A DNA stretch of 64,000 bases. Source: Squalus acanthias. Taxonomy: Eukaryota. Shown here one piece after another: positions 59,357 through 64,000 of the stretch (within the stretch, counting starts at the first letter, position 1; each line of letters opens with the position of its first letter). Position numbers and translations under genes: made by a program. Under the pieces are notes generated by a model. That model did no database searches. It worked only from the letters and a program-made list of their open reading frames with translations, and had not been told where the DNA came from. The stretch spans positions 68,388,001 to 68,452,000 of the forward strand of contig CM059432.1 in the NCBI GenBank assembly GCA_030390025.1, given 5' to 3'.

Positions 59357-61520
59357 GCATGAGAGTGGTCTGTGCTTCCACTGCAACATTAAGACGTTGG
59401 GTCGCTTCTACCTGTACTACAATGGCAGCCGCGACATCATCCATCACACGCAGGAGTTTTCCATCATTTCCAGCCTGGAAATCCTGAGCTCCAAGCTCTG
59501 CGCAGAGCTCCGTGCAATGTTGGAGGTGGACTCCTTCATGCTCCTTGACATTGTCAAAGAGGCTCACTGGCAGACTTGTCATTGCACCTAGCAATTCAGT
59601 GTGCATGTCCATCACCCTTCTTCTGAAGGCCGCCCCATTGAGGTCCTCATCTGAGTCCTGTGCAGCAGAACTCGCACGCGGACTCACCCTCTGGGGAGTT
59701 GGCCCCCAAGCTACCCTTTCCCCCGACCTTGCTGCAGCCCACTTGTAACCAGTGCCTCACTTTGTGCAGATCCTGCTTCTACACTAGCCTCTAAAATACG
59801 CGCAGTAACAGTTTCTGAGCTGGTGTCTGTGAGTGACAGATGCAGTAACGCTGTGTCTTCTTCTTCTTCTTCTTGCCCGTTGCTCTCCTGCATCGCTTCG
59901 GGGACAGGCTGCTCGGATGCTTTGTCTTGATTATCTGAAAGCAGAAAGGCACAAGAGTTGTGTTATGGTGAGGGGAGGTGGGAGGGAAAGCAAGATAGGT
60001 ATGCATACAGCATCAGCAGCTTGAAAGTGAGAAGTGATTGTGGGATGAGGGGTAAGTAGGATGTGAGAAGAAGGATTAGGAATGAGCATACCGTTGTTGT
60101 CCCCATGGGCTTCAACCTCGCTGGTTGCCATGGCCTCCATTATCTGCTGCCCATTGATCGCCAGCGCATGCGTCTCCAGTTAGCTGAGGTCCTGGATGGC
60201 AGCTTGCCCCCCTCCTGTCTGCCACTGCTCTCTCCGATTATGTGCGACCTTGGCCTGCAAGAGAAAGACAACTGTGTCAGTGAGTGTGGTGCAATGTGTT
60301 TGAGTGATGTGCCGGCCATAGTTGAATAGCTGTCAGTGTGTGCAAGGTGTGAAATGTGGGTGTGAGTGTTGTAGCAGTGGTAATGTTGTGAGGGTGAGGT
60401 GAAGCTATGATTGTGAGGTCTGAGTGATAATAGGTAGAGATTGTTGGTAGGTGAGTGCTGGGGGTGTGGTGCATTGAGCAGTGTGTGCGGCTTGTGGTGC
60501 AGATGGTGGGATATGGCATTTGCTGATACCTTCACTCACCTTGACCTGCTGTGTGAGGTCATTAGGCTTCTTTCAGCATTGGTTGGCCAACCTTGGGACC
60601 ACAATGCTGTCTGTCACATAGGCGGCTATCTCCTGCCAGAGCCTTTGAGAGGTGTGTGGCGAGGGCTCCCTGCCAGTGTGCGGGAAGAGGACAGCCCAGC
60701 TCCTCTCCACGGCCATGATCAGTGCCTCAAGAGCCGCGTCAGAGAATCTGCGGGCTCTCTCCCTGTGCTCAGGCTCTGCCATATGTTTCCACTGCCGTCT
60801 TCTTCCACCTGAAGTTGAGAGTGGCTTGACAAGGAGGTACTGTAGCATCAATGCACCTCCCCTTTAAGTACTGAATAAAGCCTGTGCCAAACATGACTGG
60901 GAATTAGACTGGACCCGATATTGGCCCACCTGTTGAGCGGTAAGCCAATGAGCAGCGATTTTAGCGCTGGGATCAAGAATACAATCATGAGAACTGAGCA
61001 TGAATTTTGCGTGCTACCTAGACTATTTTGACCTGGCACAGCTTAACATCGTTGAGCCTTAACACTGCCCATTTTGTGGCCATATCCAACTCTAGGCCAT
61101 AGAATATAAGAGCCAAGAGGTAATGATGAGCCCATATCAAACCTTAATAAGAACCGAGTTAGAGAATTGTGTGTAGTATTGGGCGCCACACTCTTGGAAG
61201 AATATTGAGGCTTTAGAGAGGGTACAATGCTATGATGCTGCCTGATATGAGGAAATACAAATATGAAGAAAGACTTGAAAGTTAGATCTTTTTTCATTAG
61301 AACAATGCAAATTACAGGGTAATATGATAGAAGTGATTAAAATTATGAATGATGGTATAGGGTTGATAGAAGCAGACTGTATCCAATAGTTGAGATGTCA
61401 AAAAAGGGTCCAGTGATGCAATATTAAATATAAGATATTTAGAAATGAGAAAAGAAGCAACCGGAAGTTGTGAGGCTGTGGAATTCACTTCCAGGGTTAA
61501 TGGTAGAAGCAGACACTATA

Positions 61521-61674
61521 GCTGAAAGGTTCCTCAGAACTGCTCCCACTCTGCTGCCGTAACTTTGCTGGAAGTGTGGCAGCATCCCCATTTATGCACG
61601 TAAAGGGTGTTTCTGCCACACTTCCAGCAGAATTCCGGTGATAGAGCGGGAGCAGTTCCAAGGAAATTCCCAGC
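61521..61674. repeat. Foldback mini-element (~154 bp)
   Basis: GAACTGCTCCC...GCTGGAAGTGTGGCAG pairs with CTGCCACACTTCCAGC...GGGAGCAGTTC. Related half-copies at ~37669-37750 and ~43213-43260. Confidence 0.75.
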
Positions 61675-61721
61675 TGTTGTCAATATTCAAGATTAGATTG
61701 GATGGGTGGATGAAGGAAAAC

Positions 61722-62428
61722 GGGTAACCTCGGCATCCTATTTGACCCTGAGCTTCCAACCACACATCCGCTCCATCACCAAGACTGTCTACTTCCACAT
61801 CCGTAACATTGCCTGTCTCTGCCCCGCCTCAGCTCATCTGCTACTGAAACCCTCGTCTATGCCTTTGTTACCTCTAGACTTGACTATTCCAATGCTTTCC
61901 TGGCCAGCCTCCCATCTTCCACCCTACATAAACTTGAACACTCTGCTGCCCGTATCCTAACTTGCACCAAGTCCCATTCACCCATCACCCCTGTGCTCGC
62001 TGATTAACATTGGCTCCTAGTCTGGCAAAGCCTCGATTTTAAAATTCTCATCCTTGTTTTCAAATCCCTCCATGGCCTCATCCTTCCTTTTCTCTGTAAC
62101 CTCCTCCAGCCCTGCAATCCTCCAAGATCTCTGCGCTCCTCCAATTCTGAACTTTAGAGCAACCCTGATTTTAATCGCTCCACTATTGATGGCTGTGCCT
62201 TCAGCTGCCTGGGCCCTTGGCTTTGGAATTCCCTCCCTAAGCCTCTCCACCTCTGTACCTCTCTCTCCTCCTTTAAGATGCTCCTTAAAACCTACCTCTG
62301 TGACCAAGCCTGTCCTAATATTTCCTTATGTGGCTTGTTGTCAAATTTTGTTTGATCATGCTCCTATGAAGCACGTTGGGACCTTTTACTATGTTAAAGA
62401 CACTATATAAATGCAACTTGTTGTTGTT
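61722..62428 (+). mobile_element. L2 LINE 3' end
   Basis: NLGILFDP...HIRSITKTVYFHIRNIA...YAFVTSRLDYSNA...ITPVLAD*HWL...DFKILILVFKSLHG, with tail TATATAAATGCAACTTGTTGTTG. Confidence 0.85.
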
Positions 62429-62569
62429 AAAAATGAAGGGTAAACAACAACATGGACAGGTTGGGTCAAATGGCCTATTTCCGTGTTGAAACATGTATGT
62501 ATTTCTATGTAACTCACAATCTCTAGGTTGCTAGTCCAGTAACATAACTACTAGGCTACTGTACCCTTG

Positions 62570-63130
62570 TGACAGCATCCATGCAGGCATCAAACCCAGG
62601 ACCCACACAAACAGAAAAAGCTTCCATTCAATTAATGTGTAGGTGGTTTATAACCATAGAAACATCATAATGCAGGTCATTGCACATTATCCAAGAAATA
62701 TCCATGATACCTTCATTATACAATAGTCAATGGTGTCTGCATTATTTGAAGACTCATATTGATTGGGTCAATGGAGTCTGGAAGACTAGCGCTATCCACT
62801 GCAGCCTTGGTTCATGACCACAATGAGAAATCCCGGAGCAGCAACGGAATGTAAATACAATGAGACACATTCCACAATCAGGAATTACTGTAGAGCACAC
62901 TGTTAGCATGGTCAAACTGTTTGGACAGCTCGGATGGGAGTGCTTCTCCATAGCTATGAAAAGGTGTCCAAAGCAATCATCGTCTGCTGCATGTTTCATA
63001 GTTTCATTATACAAAGAAGTATCACCATGTAGCAGGTCAAAGAGGAATCTCTTGAAGAATCAGTAGCAGAGCAGGAGGAAACTGAGAAAGAGGAGGAGGA
63101 AATAGAGAAAGCAGAGTTGCAGTATGGAAG
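62570..63130 (+). pseudogene. Very old Harbinger transposase C-terminal remnant
   Basis: NRKSFHSINV*VV...YPRNIHDTFII...RYPLQPWFMTTMRNP...KYNETHST...IIVCCMFH plus an acidic tail. Confidence 0.7.
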
Positions 63131-63225
63131 ATTAGTGAAAATTGGCTTCGGATCAGTTTCTAGATCTGACCACTGCACAATTAATACAACTTAATGAAAC
63201 ATCATGCACTGTACTCAGAAACAAC

Positions 63226-64000
63226 GGCCAGAATTTTCTGGGGTGGTAGCAGGCGCCATCGGCAGCGGGTCGGGTGGGAAAGTTGTTATTTTTGACAGCG
63301 GGTCAGGAACCCACTGTCATCTCGTTCTCACGCGCCTTTTCCCCAGGCATGTCTGTCATCGCGGATCCGACCCGATCGACAGTGGCGGGGGTCCCAATTG
63401 AGATGATTATCAGGTAGTTTACAAGCACTTAAGAGCCTTTTTTCACTTACATTTTAAATTTCCCTGCATGGCCACGGGATTCACGCAGCTCGGGACCCAC
63501 GTCTGTCAACCTGAGGCGGGAGTTCCGTGGCCATTGCTCCAGCTGATTACTTGACAGCATGAAATGTACAGTAAAAGCTCCCACCTAACAGTTGATCACT
63601 TTCCTCAGGCAGAAGCTGTTGCTCAGTCCATTTCCAGCACAGATTCTGCAGGCTGCAAGTGTTTCCAGCAAAGTCTCCATCCAGTGTCACCTCATTGGAA
63701 GAACTCTCTCACCATTGACAGAATGCTTCTGTCATCTGTACTTTTATCAACATGGGTGCCATTTATACTATCTCACCTTGGTCCTCAGAATCAGACCACG
63801 ATCAGCCCCAACACCAGCAGCACCAACAACAACACCAACCTTCTCCGCAATCACCAGATGCTGCACAGGACAAAGGGCATCAATACCTGAGCACACTGCT
63901 GCCCGGGTGGCCAGGGATGGCCTCATCACGGCTTGATTTACTTAACTTTAACAGAAACTTTACATAAACATTGATAAAACACCCAAGTGGCTATCCTTGT
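63226..64000 (-). mobile_element. Non-autonomous Harbinger derivative (family of 13159 and 24673), runs off the window
   Basis: TIR GGCCAGAATTTTC. Colinear with 13159-13910 and then ~14145-14195. Confidence 0.85.

Larger units (their letters stand above)
52533..60782 (-). pseudogene. Myb/SANT-like partner gene; exons 60782-60540, 60254-60092, 59934-52533 (exon 3 interrupted by two CR1s)
   Basis: MAEPEHRERARRFSDAALEALIMAVERSWAVLFP...LWQEIAAYV. GT-AG sites are at the same positions as in the copy at 11267, and exon 2 is 163 nt in both. Confidence 0.88.
50687..61098 (+). mobile_element. Full-structure two-gene PIF/Harbinger transposon (~4.1 kb after removing nested CR1s), TSD ATA
   Basis: TIRs GGCCTAGAAATTCG / CCAACTCTAGGCC. 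ATA at 50684-50686 and 61099-61101. Carries convergent transposase and Myb genes. Confidence 0.92.
49920..61720 (+). mobile_element. Old CR1 split by the Harbinger insertion (CR1 pieces ~49920-50686 and 61099-61720)
   Basis: [13 protein letters not shown] on the left. TTATCTCAAGAAGTATA | ATAGAATATAAGAGC rejoins as the CR1 ISRxIEYKS motif. Confidence 0.8.

Noticed and set aside
62754..63178. Minus-strand ORFs as host exons
   Set aside because: They are antisense to a decayed Harbinger transposase.

Overview
Eukaryotic, vertebrate-type DNA, most likely intergenic or intronic sequence from a cartilaginous fish. This is inferred from the repeat repertoire: Deu-domain SINEs, CR1 LINEs with 8-bp tandem tails, and abundant PIF/Harbinger elements. 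No host gene can be identified with confidence, and most of the window is nested transposable elements. Main contents: (1) the 3' half of a young Gypsy LTR retrotransposon (open pol, PPT, 215-bp LTR) plus a related solo LTR; (2) a 1.67-kb TG..CA solo LTR; (3) several two-gene Harbinger transposons (HARBI1-like DDE transposase plus a convergent three-exon Myb/SANT-like gene), their deletion derivatives and MITEs; (4) a full-length CR1 with an esterase ORF1 and many CR1/L2 fragments; (5) three Penelope-like insertions, each with a 14-bp target duplication and a minimal hammerhead-ribozyme motif; (6) SINEs, foldback hairpins and a (GATA)n array. The most notable structures are a Harbinger copy whose Myb half is inverted exactly at a second element's insertion site, a four-level nest at 49.9-61.7 kb, a ~130-bp hammerhead-only retroposed unit, and MITEs carrying an NRF1 motif plus splice donors next to a candidate exon/CTCF site. 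Family assignments come from motif recognition by eye, not database searches. Boundaries not tied to a TSD or TIR are approximate.
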